In this document: piece after piece, positions 28,452 through 39,765 of the stretch
Layout of the letters: every line of letters begins with the position of its first letter
Position numbering within the stretch: the stretch's first letter is position 1
Assembly: GCA_963678315.1 (NCBI GenBank)
Contig: OY782781.1
Location: 2,016,001 to 2,080,000, forward strand
Source: Candidatus Cloacimonadales bacterium
Lineage (GTDB): Bacteria > Cloacimonadota > Cloacimonadia > Cloacimonadales > JAFGVF01
Length of the DNA: 64,000 nt
Direction of reading: 5' to 3'
The notes under the pieces: generated by a model
The model's database searches: none
What the model was told of the DNA's origin: nothing
The model's input: the letters and a program-made list of their open reading frames with translations, nothing else
Position numbers and translations under genes: made by a program

Positions 28452-30587
28452 ATGGATAAGGCTCAAGCTAAGCCAAATGAAAAGCTTTTAACTGAATTTG
28501 ATGTTCCTAGTTATGAGGAATGGAAAGTTGTAGTTGAGAGTCTGTTAAAGGGTAAGCCGTTTGAAAAAGCGATGTTTACTAAGACATATGAAGATATAGT
28601 GTTACAACCTATCTATCGTATGGAAGATGTTGCAGAACTTGAACACATGAAGAAGCTTCCAGGGGAAGACGGTAATCCACGTTCACCAAAAACTAGTGGT
28701 TACTTAAACAACTCTTGGTCAGTTGGACAAGAACAAACAGATTATTTACCATCAGAAGTAAATAAATCTTTACTAGAAGAACTTTCTAGGGGAATTACAA
28801 AAGTTAATTTGAGAGCAGATGATGCTTCAAGAAATGGTAAAAATCCTCACAAATTAGAAGGTGTTAAGAGATATGTAGGAACTTCTATCTCTACACTTGA
28901 AGATTTAAAAACAGTTTTAAATGGTGTGTTTATCGAAAACATCGAAGTCGACATTAACGCTGGGATTATGGCACCTGCATATCTTGGAATGTTTAAAGAA
29001 ATTGCTAAAGAAAGAAATATTGATTTTAGTCAATTAACTGGTTGTATTGGATTAGATCCAATCAACTGTTTAGCAAGTGATGGGGAGCTAAAAGTTGAGT
29101 TAAAAGAAGCTCTTAATTATATGGCTTGTATGACAGATTGGGCTGTAAAAAACAATTCAGCTATCAAAACAATCTTGATTGATACTTGTGTCTATGCAGA
29201 CCGAGGAGCCAATATAAATCAGGAGTTAGCTATTGCTCTAAATACAGCAGTTTATTATATTAATGAAATGCTTGATAGAAAACTTGCTATCCAAGATATT
29301 CTCGCTCATATTCAATTTAATTTATCAATAGGACAAAAATTCTTCTTAGAAATTGCTAAATTTAGATCATTCAGATTATTGTTTGATAATTTAGTAAAAG
29401 CCTATCAAGAAGATTTAAGTTTAACAACATATATTCATGCAATTCCATCAAAATGGAACAAAACAAAATATGACCCTTATGTGAATGTTCTTAGAACTGC
29501 TACAGAATCTTTCTCTGCAGTTTTAGGTGGCATTGACTCATTAGCAGTTTCACATTTAGATGAACTTCTTGCTAGACCTACTGCTTTCACAAGAAGAATT
29601 GCTAGAAATCAACAAATCATTCTTAATGAAGAAGCGAATCTATATAAAGTAATCGACCCTGCTGGTGGATCTTGGTATATTGAAAAGATGACTGCAGAAA
29701 TTGCTGAATCAGCTTGGGAACAATTCCAAACTTATGAAGCTGAAGGTGGAATCATTGCTTCATTAACTAATGGTATCATTCAAGATGATGTTATTGGTAT
29801 TGCTAATGAGAAAATTAAGAATGTTGCAACAAGAAAAGATGTATTTATCGGTTCAAATATGTTTGCTAACTTAGAAGAAAAAGCTATTGACTTTGATGAA
29901 GCTGATTTTGACAGTAAAATTGATTCTAGAATCAAAAAAATATACGATTTAGTTAATAATAGAGAATTAAAACAGACTTGTAATTGTGCTGGTAGCTGTG
30001 GTGGTCAATGTGATTGTTCATCAGATAGTGAAAAACATATCATAGATGATTTTGCTGAATTCTTTGTGAATGGTGGAACTATTGGTGAATGTTTCGGTAG
30101 AATGTATAGTGATTCTCATGGTATCAAAGTAGATTCTATAACTAATCAAAGAGTTACTACTGCTATTGAAGAGCTTAGAAGCTCAGTTGAATCTATGACT
30201 GAAACCCCTAAAGTTTACCTAGCAAACTTCGGTTCAATTCCAACATTCAAAGCAAGAGCTGATTTTGCTAAAGGTTTCTTTGAAGTAGGAGCTTTAGATG
30301 TTGTTACTTCTAATGGATATCAAGATATTGATTCTTTAGTAGATGCTACTATTGAAGCTAATTGTCCAAGTGTTTGTATCTGTTCAACAGACGCAAATTA
30401 TGTTGAAATTATTCCTTCTTTTGTAGCTAAATTGAAAGAGAAAGCTTTCAAAGGTAAATTGATAGTTGCTGGTTATCCTAAAGAACATGTTGAATCATTC
30501 AAAGAAGCTGGTATAGATGAGTTTATCCATGTAAGAGCTAATTGCTATGGTGTGCTCAAAAATTTACTAGAGAAGGCAGGAGAATAA
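28452..30587 (+). CDS. mutA: Methylmalonyl-CoA mutase small (beta) subunit
   Basis: [35 protein letters not shown]; lacks the DxHxxG B12 motif. Confidence 0.92.
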   Translation: MDKAQAKPNEKLLTEFDVPSYEEWKVVVESLLKGKPFEKAMFTKTYEDIVLQPIYRMEDVAELEHMKKLPGEDGNPRSPKTSGYLNNSWSVGQEQTDYLPSEVNKSLLEELSRGITKVNLRADDASRNGKNPHKLEGVKRYVGTSISTLEDLKTVLNGVFIENIEVDINAGIMAPAYLGMFKEIAKERNIDFSQLTGCIGLDPINCLASDGELKVELKEALNYMACMTDWAVKNNSAIKTILIDTCVYADRGANINQELAIALNTAVYYINEMLDRKLAIQDILAHIQFNLSIGQKFFLEIAKFRSFRLLFDNLVKAYQEDLSLTTYIHAIPSKWNKTKYDPYVNVLRTATESFSAVLGGIDSLAVSHLDELLARPTAFTRRIARNQQIILNEEANLYKVIDPAGGSWYIEKMTAEIAESAWEQFQTYEAEGGIIASLTNGIIQDDVIGIANEKIKNVATRKDVFIGSNMFANLEEKAIDFDEADFDSKIDSRIKKIYDLVNNRELKQTCNCAGSCGGQCDCSSDSEKHIIDDFAEFFVNGGTIGECFGRMYSDSHGIKVDSITNQRVTTAIEELRSSVESMTETPKVYLANFGSIPTFKARADFAKGFFEVGALDVVTSNGYQDIDSLVDATIEANCPSVCICSTDANYVEIIPSFVAKLKEKAFKGKLIVAGYPKEHVESFKEAGIDEFIHVRANCYGVLKNLLEKAGE

Positions 30588-30588
30588 G

Positions 30589-32769
30589 ATGACTAAGAAA
30601 CCTGAATTTAAAAATGTAAATTTAAATGTTTCAACAAGCAAATCTGACTTGAATAATTGGAAAGCTAGTGTTGAAAAAGAGACAAATAAAAAATGGGACC
30701 AGCTTTTCTGGGAAACCAATGAAAAAATAAATGTAAAACCATTATATACACAAGATGATCTTGTAGATATGGAACACCTTGGCTTTATGTCTGGTATTGC
30801 TCCAAATCTTAGAGGTCCTTATGGTTCAATGTATGTAACAAGACCTTGGACTATTAGACAATATGCTGGTTTCTCTACTGCAGAAGAATCTAATGCTTTC
30901 TATAGAAGAAATCTTGCTATGGGACAAAAAGGTCTTTCTATTGCCTTTGACCTTGCTACTCATAGAGGCTACGACTCTGATCATGAAAGAGTTGTCGGTG
31001 ATGTCGGTAAAGCTGGTGTTGCTGTAGATTCTATCTTAGACATGAAGATTCTTTTTGACCAAATTCCATTAGATAAGATGTCTGTTTCAATGACTATGAA
31101 TGGTGCTGTTCTTCCTGTTCTTGCTTTTTACATTGTTGCTGCTGAAGAACAAGGTGTAAAATGGGAACAATTGACTGGTACAATTCAAAATGATATCTTA
31201 AAAGAATACATGGTTAGAAATACTTATATTTATAAACCAGAAGGCTCAATGAAGATTATTGCAGATATCTTTGAGTTTACTTCAAAGCATATGCCTAAAT
31301 TCAATTCTATTTCTATTTCAGGCTATCACATGCAAGAAGCTGGAGCTACTGCAGACCTTGAAATGGCTTACACTATAGCTGATGGTCTTCAATATATCAG
31401 AACTGGTATTGATGCAGGTATTGATATAGATAAATTTGCTCCTAGATTATCATTCTTCTGGGCTGAAGGTATGAACTATTTCATGGAAGTTGCTAAGCTA
31501 AGAGCTGCTAGACTTCTTTGGGCTAAAATAGTTAAACAATTCAATCCTAAGAATCCTAAATCTCTTGCTCTAAGAACTCACTCACAAACTTCTGGTTGGT
31601 CTTTGACAGAACAAGATCCATTCAATAACATCACTAGAACATGTGTTGAAGCTATGGCTGCGACTATGGGTCACACTCAATCACTTCACACTAATGCTCT
31701 TGACGAAGCTATTGCGCTTCCAACAGACTTCTCTGCTCGTATTGCTAGAAATACTCAGTTATTCCTACAAAATGAAACAGGTATCTGTAATGTTATCGAT
31801 CCATGGGGCGGTTCTTATTACCTAGAATCACTTACTAATGCTCTTATGCACTTAGGTTGGAATCACATCCAAGAAGTTGAAGAACTTGGTGGTATGGCTA
31901 AAGCTATCGAAACTGGTTTACCTAAACTTAGAATCGAAGAAGCTGCTGCTAGAAGACAAGCTAAAATTGACTCTGGTGTTGAAACTATTGTTGGTGTTAA
32001 TAAATACAGACTTGATAAAGAAGAAGCTATTGATATTCTTGAAATTGATAACTCATCAGTTAGAGTAGCTCAAATTAAACGTTTAGAAAAATTAAAAGCT
32101 GAACGTGACAATGATAAAGTAAAAAAATGCTTAGCAGCTATAACTAAAGCAGCAGAAACAGGTCAAGGTAACTTACTTGAACTCTCAATCTACGCTGCTC
32201 GTGAAAGAGCTACACTAGGCGAAATCTCAGATGCTATGGAGGTCGTTTTCGAAAGACATCAAGCTAATAACAAATTAATCTCAAATGTTTACAGCGCAGA
32301 ATATGCTAAAAACGAAGAAGTTGATGAAGTTAGAGGAATGACAGACCAGTTCGAAGAGAATGAAGGTCGCCGTCCTAGAATTATGGTTGCGAAAATGGGA
32401 CAAGATGGTCATGACCGTGGTGCTAAAGTTGTTTCAACAGCTTACGCAGATATGGGCTTTGACGTAGATGTTGGACCATTATTCCAAACTCCAGCAGAAA
32501 CTGCAAAACAAGCGGTTGAAAATGATGTTCATGTTATTGGTATGTCTTCATTGGCTGCTGGTCACAAGACTTTACTTCCTCAACTAATTGAGGAATTAAA
32601 GAAACTTGGTAGAGAAGATATCATGGTTATTTGTGGTGGTGTAATTCCAGCTCAAGACTATGATTTCTTATATGAACATGGTGCAGCTGCAATCTTCGGA
32701 CCAGGAACAGTGCTTCCTTATGCAGCGAAAACTATTATGGAAAAATTGAATGAAAGATTAGGTTACTAA
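30589..32769 (+). CDS. mutB: Methylmalonyl-CoA mutase large (catalytic) subunit
   Basis: [42 protein letters not shown]. Confidence 0.98.
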   Translation: MTKKPEFKNVNLNVSTSKSDLNNWKASVEKETNKKWDQLFWETNEKINVKPLYTQDDLVDMEHLGFMSGIAPNLRGPYGSMYVTRPWTIRQYAGFSTAEESNAFYRRNLAMGQKGLSIAFDLATHRGYDSDHERVVGDVGKAGVAVDSILDMKILFDQIPLDKMSVSMTMNGAVLPVLAFYIVAAEEQGVKWEQLTGTIQNDILKEYMVRNTYIYKPEGSMKIIADIFEFTSKHMPKFNSISISGYHMQEAGATADLEMAYTIADGLQYIRTGIDAGIDIDKFAPRLSFFWAEGMNYFMEVAKLRAARLLWAKIVKQFNPKNPKSLALRTHSQTSGWSLTEQDPFNNITRTCVEAMAATMGHTQSLHTNALDEAIALPTDFSARIARNTQLFLQNETGICNVIDPWGGSYYLESLTNALMHLGWNHIQEVEELGGMAKAIETGLPKLRIEEAAARRQAKIDSGVETIVGVNKYRLDKEEAIDILEIDNSSVRVAQIKRLEKLKAERDNDKVKKCLAAITKAAETGQGNLLELSIYAARERATLGEISDAMEVVFERHQANNKLISNVYSAEYAKNEEVDEVRGMTDQFEENEGRRPRIMVAKMGQDGHDRGAKVVSTAYADMGFDVDVGPLFQTPAETAKQAVENDVHVIGMSSLAAGHKTLLPQLIEELKKLGREDIMVICGGVIPAQDYDFLYEHGAAAIFGPGTVLPYAAKTIMEKLNERLGY

Positions 32770-32791
32770 TCAAAGTTATATAAATTAAGAT

Positions 32792-32823
32792 GAAGTGGTA
32801 GATTTTATATATTCTACCACTTC
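32792..32823 (+). terminator. Stem-loop between mutB and meaB
   Basis: GAAGTGGTAGA...TCTACCACTTC, 11-bp stem, weak U tract. Confidence 0.6.
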
Positions 32824-32857
32824 TTATATATGCAAATCTAATAGATGTTTATGATTT

Positions 32858-34003
32858 TTGGAGGAAGCTATTATTAAGAGCAATAGACCAGAATGGGTTC
32901 CTAAAGATGGAGGGAATGAGTTTACTACAGTAGTTAATCCTGGTAAGAGTGTTAATCACGATGGATTACCTAGTAAAGAAAATACTTCAATTAAGAAGTA
33001 TAAGTCTGTGAAAAGAAAACAGATAACAACAGAAGAATACTATAATGGCATCATGAATAGGGATAAAACAATTTTAGCTAGGGCAATAACTTTAGTAGAA
33101 AGTAATTCTTCAAAACACTTTTCAATGGCTCAAGATCTTATAAAGCAAATTCTACCAAAAACAGGAAAATCTATAAGAATAGGCATTACAGGTGTCCCAG
33201 GAGCTGGTAAAAGCACTTTTATTGAACGCTTTGGTTTGTTCTTGTTGGACCTAGGATATAAAGTCGCTGTCTTAGCAGTTGACCCTTCCAGCACTGTTAC
33301 TAAAGGTTCTATACTGGGGGATAAAACCAGAATGGAGAAACTATCTAGAGAGCAAGATTGCTTTATTAGACCTTCTCCTGCAGCAGGTACCTTAGGTGGT
33401 GTTAATAGAAAAACAAGAGAAACCATGCTCATGTGTGAAGCTTTTGGTTATGATGTTATACTTGTTGAGACTGTTGGAGTAGGGCAGAACGAAGTTACTG
33501 TTAGAGATATGGTTGACTTCTTTATGCTTATTCAAATAGCAGGCGCAGGAGATGAACTTCAAGGTATTAAAAAAGGTGTTATTGAAATTGCAGACGCTAT
33601 AGTTGTTAACAAGGCTGACGGTGATAATATTAACAGAGCAAAGTTAGCTCAAGGTGAATATATGACTGCTTTACACTATATTGCACCAGCAACACCAGGC
33701 TGGAAAACTAAAGCTTTTACTTGCTCAGCACTAAATGGAACTGGCTTGCCTGAAATATGGGATGTTATCAATAAGTTTAAAGAAGTAACAAGTAAGAGTA
33801 AAGTCTTTGATTTACGTAGAAGAGAACAAATAATGACTTGGGTTAAATCAATGATTAATAATCATCTAATCTCATCTTTCTATAATGATAAGAGAATTAA
33901 AGCAGTTATGCCTTCAATACAAAATCAAGTACTTTCAGGACAGTTAACACCTTCTAACTCAGTTGAGAAACTTCTTGAAATATATGAGGATAAAAATGAT
34001 TAA
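32858..34003 (+). CDS. meaB: Methylmalonyl-CoA mutase-associated GTPase MeaB
   Basis: GITGVPGAGKST, VDPSS, GSILGDKTRM, VETVGVGQ, NKADG; start codon uncertain. Confidence 0.95.
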   Translation: MEEAIIKSNRPEWVPKDGGNEFTTVVNPGKSVNHDGLPSKENTSIKKYKSVKRKQITTEEYYNGIMNRDKTILARAITLVESNSSKHFSMAQDLIKQILPKTGKSIRIGITGVPGAGKSTFIERFGLFLLDLGYKVAVLAVDPSSTVTKGSILGDKTRMEKLSREQDCFIRPSPAAGTLGGVNRKTRETMLMCEAFGYDVILVETVGVGQNEVTVRDMVDFFMLIQIAGAGDELQGIKKGVIEIADAIVVNKADGDNINRAKLAQGEYMTALHYIAPATPGWKTKAFTCSALNGTGLPEIWDVINKFKEVTSKSKVFDLRRREQIMTWVKSMINNHLISSFYNDKRIKAVMPSIQNQVLSGQLTPSNSVEKLLEIYEDKND

Positions 34004-35291
34004 ATACTACCATCTAATCAGTTTGGGTTGCCCTAAGAATCTAATAGATAGTGAGATATTTGCTTTTCTTACTGAAGAAGCAGGATATTTACCTACCCAA
34101 GAGAGCGATAAAGCAGAACTTATCATTATCAACACTTGTGGCTTTATTAATTCAGCAAAAGAAGAAGGTATTGATACAATCTTTGAAGCAGCTAAGCTTA
34201 AAAAGGAAGGCAACTGCAAAACTTTAATAGTTACAGGGTGCTTAGTTAAAAGATATTTTGACCAGTTGAAAGAAGATATTCCTGAGATTGATATTCTTGT
34301 TAACCTCAAAGACTTTAAATCTTTCGCCCAAATACTTGGTTTGAAAGATTATGCCTACAATCGTAAGCTTATGACCCCTAAGCATTATGCCTATCTTAGA
34401 ATTAGCGATGGTTGTAACAATAATTGTACTTATTGTGCAATTCCCTTAATCAGAGGAAAGCTCAAGTCTATTCCAATGGAAGAGGTAATAGCTGATGCAC
34501 AGAATTTAGCTTCCCAAGGAGTTAAAGAAGTTATCATAACAGCACAGGATACTACCCAATATGGCACTGACTTATATGGTGAAAAGAGACTTATTCCTTT
34601 GTTAAAGGAGATTTCTAAGATAGAGGGTATTCAATGGATTAGATTGCTTTATTTACATCCTGCCCATATTACTCATGACTTAGTAGATGAGATTGCGAAA
34701 CTTCCAAAAATACTTCATTATTTTGATATACCACTTCAACACATCTCTGATAAGATTATGCGTGCTATGAATAGACGCAAATTCAGTGACCACTGTATTG
34801 ATATTATTGAATACATAAGAAGAAAAATGCCTGATGCTATCTTGAGGACAACTTTTATAGTTGGTTTCCCTGGAGAAGAGCGTAGTGATTATGAGAAACT
34901 TAAAAAGTTTATTACACAAGAGAAGTTCGGTAGAATGGGCATATTTACATATTCAGCTGAAGAAGACACTGCAGCTTATGGTTTTGAGAATCCTGTTAAC
35001 AGGCAAACAGCCCTTAATAGGTACAACAAGTTAATGGAAATCCAACAAGATATTTCTACTGAGATTATGGCTTCTTTTATTGGTCAGGAAGTAGATTGTA
35101 TAATTGATAGCCTTTCTGAAGAAGACGCTTATGATTATGAAGGAAGATCATGGTTCGATGCTCCGGATGTAGATGGTATCGTTTATATTTCAGACCCTGA
35201 GGACAAGGCTAAGATTGGTGATATAGTAACTATCAAGGTTACTGATGCCTGGGAATATGACTTGATAGGGGAGATAGTTAAGATTAAGTAG
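33996..35291 (+). CDS. rimO: Ribosomal protein S12 methylthiotransferase
   Basis: SLGCPKNL, NTCGFI, CNNNCTYC, APDVDG, TRAM domain. Start moved to ATG 33996 (GAGGA RBS). Confidence 0.93.
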   Translation: MIKYYHLISLGCPKNLIDSEIFAFLTEEAGYLPTQESDKAELIIINTCGFINSAKEEGIDTIFEAAKLKKEGNCKTLIVTGCLVKRYFDQLKEDIPEIDILVNLKDFKSFAQILGLKDYAYNRKLMTPKHYAYLRISDGCNNNCTYCAIPLIRGKLKSIPMEEVIADAQNLASQGVKEVIITAQDTTQYGTDLYGEKRLIPLLKEISKIEGIQWIRLLYLHPAHITHDLVDEIAKLPKILHYFDIPLQHISDKIMRAMNRRKFSDHCIDIIEYIRRKMPDAILRTTFIVGFPGEERSDYEKLKKFITQEKFGRMGIFTYSAEEDTAAYGFENPVNRQTALNRYNKLMEIQQDISTEIMASFIGQEVDCIIDSLSEEDAYDYEGRSWFDAPDVDGIVYISDPEDKAKIGDIVTIKVTDAWEYDLIGEIVKIK

Positions 35292-35293
35292 TA

Positions 35294-36568
35294 CTATTTA
35301 ACACGGGGTAGTTGGTACCAGCTTGTAGTGTATTTGGGTGATAAGTAATTTCTACGCATTGCCCACTTATTGGATGTGCCTAAACTACTAGAATAAATAG
35401 TATTTGCTCCATAGTGTCTATTAATGCTATCGACCACTGTCATAACTTCTTTTTTAGGACTATCTGGATAAAGGACTTCAAAAATGTCATAGGGGAGATT
35501 ATCTTCTTGCGATATATCTGTAATCATTACACCAGCTTTCTTATAAAGGAAACCATTTCTATATATCTTTCTAAGAATTGTAAGACCTGCTGTTATGAAA
35601 TCAGCTGTATAAGCTGTAGGGCTGTTAAACTTTATTGAGGCATTATTGTTGTATTGAGGAGTGTCTTTAAATCTATTTGTTGTAATAAACACCGATATAA
35701 GCTTTGCTACAGATCCTTGATTTCTTAGTTTCTGAACAGCAATTGTAGTGTAGTTGCTTACTGCTTCTTCAAGTTCTTGTAGAGAAGAAACAGGACGTCC
35801 AAAAGACTTTGAAGAAACAATACCCTTTTTAGCAGGTGTAAGCATTTCTAAGTCTATACATGATATACCTCTTAATTCCAAAACAGTCTTATGACCAATA
35901 GATGTTAAATACTTATCTATCCATTCATCATTACAATGCATGAGGTCGTAAGCAGTCATAATTCCGTGCAAAGTTAGGAACTTTGTGTACTGTCTGCCTA
36001 TTCCCCAAATGCTCTTAACAGGAACTTTCTGCAGTACTCTTTCAGTGTTTGTTTCTGTTAAAAGATTGTATACTCCTTGATAGCGACTATTCTTTTTTGC
36101 TATATGATTAGCTATCTTTGCCAAAGTCTTGGTCTTTCCAATTCCTACTGATACCGGTATGCCTGTTCTTTGTTTTACAGCTTTTCCTATCTGTTGACAG
36201 TAGGCTGTTAAATCTCTATTCTTAAAACCACTCAATTCCAAGAATGATTCGTCAATGGAATATACTTCAACATCAGGACAAAACTCAGCTATTGTATCCA
36301 TAACTCTTGCTGACATATCGGCATAGAGAGTGTAGTTTGAAGAGAAAAGCGATACATTATGCTTTTTAAGAAGAGCTTCATGCTTGAAGGCAGGAAGCCC
36401 CATTTCTATTCCTAAATCTTTTACTTCTTGAGAGCGAGCAATTATACATCCATCATTGTTAGAAAGCACTGCAATTGGTACATTCTCCAAGTTAGGTCTA
36501 AATACCCTTTCGCATGATGCATAAAAGTTATTGCAGTCAATGAGTGCATATATTGCTTCATTTCTCAT
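35294..36568 (-). CDS. umuC: Y-family DNA polymerase V catalytic subunit
   Basis: DCNNFYASCE, LSNNDGC, YSIDE, C-terminal WAMRRNYLSPKYTT. Confidence 0.93.
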   Translation of the reverse strand: MRNEAIYALIDCNNFYASCERVFRPNLENVPIAVLSNNDGCIIARSQEVKDLGIEMGLPAFKHEALLKKHNVSLFSSNYTLYADMSARVMDTIAEFCPDVEVYSIDESFLELSGFKNRDLTAYCQQIGKAVKQRTGIPVSVGIGKTKTLAKIANHIAKKNSRYQGVYNLLTETNTERVLQKVPVKSIWGIGRQYTKFLTLHGIMTAYDLMHCNDEWIDKYLTSIGHKTVLELRGISCIDLEMLTPAKKGIVSSKSFGRPVSSLQELEEAVSNYTTIAVQKLRNQGSVAKLISVFITTNRFKDTPQYNNNASIKFNSPTAYTADFITAGLTILRKIYRNGFLYKKAGVMITDISQEDNLPYDIFEVLYPDSPKKEVMTVVDSINRHYGANTIYSSSLGTSNKWAMRRNYLSPKYTTSWYQLPRVK

Positions 36569-36578
36569 AGTTCCTCGA

Positions 36579-37031
36579 TTACACTTTATGTATTACATAG
36601 CTTACAACACCCCATATTGAAAACTGGTCATCAGACTTTATCATTATAGCTTTATATTCAGGATTCTCTGGTTTGAGGTAGTATATCCCATTTTTTATTA
36701 TAAGACGTTTTACAGTTAGCTCTCCATTAAGAACAGCAATTATAACCTTCTTATTGAAAGCCTCTAAAGACCTATCTACAATTAGTATATCATCAGGAAA
36801 TATTCCAGCATTTACCATAGAAAACCCATCAACTCTTACAAAATATGTTGCTGAAGGATGCTCAATTAAGTATTCATTAAGATCTAATCTATCTTCAATA
36901 TAATCTTGAGCTGGAGAAGGAAAACCAGCTGACACATCCGTTCCTAACAAGGGCCTAAGAACTTTAGTGCTTGTGTCTACTTTGAAGATTCCTTTAATTG
37001 AACCATCAGTCTTTATTTTCTGTTTATGCAT
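36579..37031 (-). CDS. umuD: Pol V accessory subunit (S24 autoprotease)
   Basis: VSAGFPSPA cleavage site, GFSM (Ser), TVKRL (Lys), WGVV. Confidence 0.92.
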   Translation of the reverse strand: MHKQKIKTDGSIKGIFKVDTSTKVLRPLLGTDVSAGFPSPAQDYIEDRLDLNEYLIEHPSATYFVRVDGFSMVNAGIFPDDILIVDRSLEAFNKKVIIAVLNGELTVKRLIIKNGIYYLKPENPEYKAIMIKSDDQFSIWGVVSYVIHKV

Positions 37032-37705
37032 GCAATCCTTACAGTTTTATATCTACTAGGATCAATTTCTAGTTTGGCAGTAATTGTTACTGTGCCAACT
37101 TGATTAGGAGCAAAGAAATTGTTATAAGCAATCCCATCTTCGTCAGTAGCAACACTTTCATATTGCAGGTTACCGGCGGTACTTGTGAATAATACGTTAT
37201 GACCATTCATATAATCATTATCACAACTTATATAGGCTTGAATACTTGTTGATGAATTACCATCAGCTAGAAGTGTGTCAGACGTAGCCACTAATGAGTC
37301 AATTCTTGGCATATCAAGAACTTCAATATCGAAATCCTCATGTTCAGAAGGCCAATCTTCTAGTGTGAACTTAATATTCACAACGCCTGTAGTATCGTAA
37401 GCAGCAAATCTTCCATCGGCAAAGCCATTTTCATCAGTTATCATATACTCACTGCTACCAGTCCCAATGAAATTACCGAATCGGTCATTGTAATCTACCA
37501 GTATTTTCCTTTCATAAAGCTTAGAACTAGGACCATCTAATTGAATTTCAAAGAGAACTTCATTGTATCCAGCTTCATTATATACAAAACTATCTGCAGC
37601 TGATATATCCATGGTTGGGTCATCATCACCTCTACTATCACATGCAACAAATAGAACAAATAGTGCTAAAACACAGACAAGTTTAATAAAAGTTTTCTTT
37701 TTCAT
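37013..37705 (-). CDS. Lipoprotein with invasin-type (Big-1) Ig-like domains
   Basis: Lipobox FVAC; LLADGNSSTSI...VLFTSTAG...TDEDGIA...GTVTITA. Confidence 0.75.
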   Translation of the reverse strand: MKKKTFIKLVCVLALFVLFVACDSRGDDDPTMDISAADSFVYNEAGYNEVLFEIQLDGPSSKLYERKILVDYNDRFGNFIGTGSSEYMITDENGFADGRFAAYDTTGVVNIKFTLEDWPSEHEDFDIEVLDMPRIDSLVATSDTLLADGNSSTSIQAYISCDNDYMNGHNVLFTSTAGNLQYESVATDEDGIAYNNFFAPNQVGTVTITAKLEIDPSRYKTVRIACINRK

Positions 37706-37708
37706 AGT

Positions 37709-38596
37709 TTAACCTCTCGGGTGATATAGTTTGTGTTCTTCAATTAAGTAATTAATGCTCATATTGGTATAAATCTGTGTAGTGTCCAAACTTGCGTGCC
37801 CTAGTAATGTTTGAACTATACGCAGATTTGCTCCAGCTTCAAGTAGATGAGTTGCAAAGGAATGTCTAATTGTATGTGGGGATATGTTTCTTGAAATACC
37901 GGCATTTAAAGCACATTTACGTAATATCTTCCAAAATCCCATTCTAGACATTTTGTCTCCTCTACTATTAAGAAATAGAGTATCTGTTACTTTATCCTTT
38001 TTTATTTTGAATCTCACAACTTTCATGTATTGCAATAGATATTCCATAGCAACATTTGGAATAGGTAGAATTCTTTGTTTATTTCCTTTTCCATGAATTA
38101 GAACAGTTAATTCTTTGCTATTTACATCATGAATGGAAAGATTTAGAAGTTCAGAAACACGAATACCAGTAGCATACATTAATTCTAGCATTGCTTTATT
38201 CCTATAGCCTAATTTGCTATCAGTGTTTATACTTTCTAGTAAATTGAGCATTTCTTCCACAGAAACAACATCAGGTATATTTCTATTATAAGATATTGAG
38301 GGAATATCATCTATATTAACTAAAATAGGTATATCATCCTCTAAAAAATAGAGAAACATATTCTTGATAGCAGATCGTTTTCTAGCAATTGACGAGTTTA
38401 CTAAGCCTGCTTCATTTAAAAGCATTAAGTAATTCATAATGTCATCATTAGAGACTAAGCTTAGATCTTTGTCTAAATAATCAATAAAAGCGACTAAGTC
38501 AGACTTATAGCTATCAAGAGAGTTTTTTGATAAACCCTTTTCTAGTTTTATATAATACATATATCCGTTTAATAATGATTTATTTCTATTATCCAT
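37709..38596 (-). CDS. xerD: Tyrosine recombinase, XerD-like
   Basis: EKGLSKNS, ELMYATGIRVSEL, GKGNKQR, PHTIRHSFATHLL, LGH, TTQIYT, HPRG end. Confidence 0.88.
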   Translation of the reverse strand: MDNRNKSLLNGYMYYIKLEKGLSKNSLDSYKSDLVAFIDYLDKDLSLVSNDDIMNYLMLLNEAGLVNSSIARKRSAIKNMFLYFLEDDIPILVNIDDIPSISYNRNIPDVVSVEEMLNLLESINTDSKLGYRNKAMLELMYATGIRVSELLNLSIHDVNSKELTVLIHGKGNKQRILPIPNVAMEYLLQYMKVVRFKIKKDKVTDTLFLNSRGDKMSRMGFWKILRKCALNAGISRNISPHTIRHSFATHLLEAGANLRIVQTLLGHASLDTTQIYTNMSINYLIEEHKLYHPRG

Positions 38597-38730
38597 GATT
38601 CAATTATATTATGTTGTAATTTCTTGTAAAGTAAATTTAAATATTATTGAAAATAATTAACCAACACTTATTATAATGTTACTTATTGAAGGCAGGTAAA
38701 TCTTATGCTTATCTTGTAAAATTAACTACA

Positions 38731-38781
38731 AACTTAATAGTCTCTTGCATTAAAATGCGATTTAGTGCAGGAGGTTATTAA
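38731..38781 (+). repeat. ~50 bp palindrome, copy 1 of a second repeat family
   Basis: TAATAGTCTCTTGCATTAAA-ATGCGA-TTTAGTGCAGGAGGTTATTA; homolog at 48830-48880. Confidence 0.7.
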
Positions 38782-38889
38782 TAAAACACATATCTTAAAG
38801 AAAATTCTACTTCTGCTCTGAACAAAGTATTCATAGAATTTGTAAGCATTTTTTAAAGAATATTAAACTACTAAAAGAAGTGCAAAGTC

Positions 38890-39765
38890 TTAGTTAGATT
38901 TTGCAGAAGCTTTATGAGAAGCAATGAGAATAGCACCAAGCACAGCAGGAATCATTGTGTTGATTATGAAGATAATCAAAGCCGTTGTTACAGCAGAAGT
39001 TTCAGAAACATTGTACTTACTTAAAACATTAATTGCAAAATATTCCCTTAGACCAAGACCCGAATATGTTATTGGTATTACATTAGCAGATAATATTAAG
39101 GCTGTCGAAATACATGAATGAAGAATTGAGACATCTGTAAAAGTTGATAAAATGAGCCAATACTGAATCATAGTTAGGGGAATAAAGAAAAGCTGACTAA
39201 GGATTATCTTAGGAAAAATGTTCTTTAACTGTTTTGTATGCTTTCTGTATTTAGGGATGAGATAAACCACTATAAACAAAATCAAAGGGGAAAGGGTTAC
39301 GAAAATCAATAGAGATAATCTTAAAGAAAAAGCTAGTTCAGTAAAATAAAACATGGTCGCTATTGAAGCATAAAATAGGTTACCCCAAGTTTGAAAGAAC
39401 TTTTCTATGAGTACAGAAACGAATGTTGCCTTCTTGGAATTGTCAATGAAGTACATTTTACCATAAGTAGCATGACCACCAGGGACAACAAATCTTAGGG
39501 ATAAACCAATAAAATAAGTTTTAAGTATTTCCAGTAACTTTGGTTTATAGTTTGGATTAATTGTTAAGGCATTATACCAATTACTACATTGGGTTACATG
39601 TTTTAGTAAAGAGCTTATTAGTAATATAAGAATAGTAGTAAAAGATAGATGTTTGATATTATCAACAAAAATATTAAAATCTACTTTGCTATAAATATAT
39701 GCCAATATAGCAATAGATATTATTATCTTTAGAAAAAAAATTAGTTTCTTTTTTACTTTTTCCAT
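38890..39765 (-). CDS. Lysylphosphatidylglycerol-synthase-like TM protein (flippase-like)
   Basis: Multi-TM; FVVPGGHA, VLIEK, PITYSGLGLRE. Confidence 0.8.
   Translation of the reverse strand: MEKVKKKLIFFLKIIISIAILAYIYSKVDFNIFVDNIKHLSFTTILILLISSLLKHVTQCSNWYNALTINPNYKPKLLEILKTYFIGLSLRFVVPGGHATYGKMYFIDNSKKATFVSVLIEKFFQTWGNLFYASIATMFYFTELAFSLRLSLLIFVTLSPLILFIVVYLIPKYRKHTKQLKNIFPKIILSQLFFIPLTMIQYWLILSTFTDVSILHSCISTALILSANVIPITYSGLGLREYFAINVLSKYNVSETSAVTTALIIFIINTMIPAVLGAILIASHKASAKSN

Noticed and set aside
35294..38596. Integrative element or prophage (integrase plus umuDC)
   Set aside because: The recombinase looks like housekeeping XerD; no att repeats, phage or conjugation genes seen
38592..38620. 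dif-like site beside xerD (TATATTATGTTG)
   Set aside because: Only a partial XerD-arm resemblance; no XerC arm
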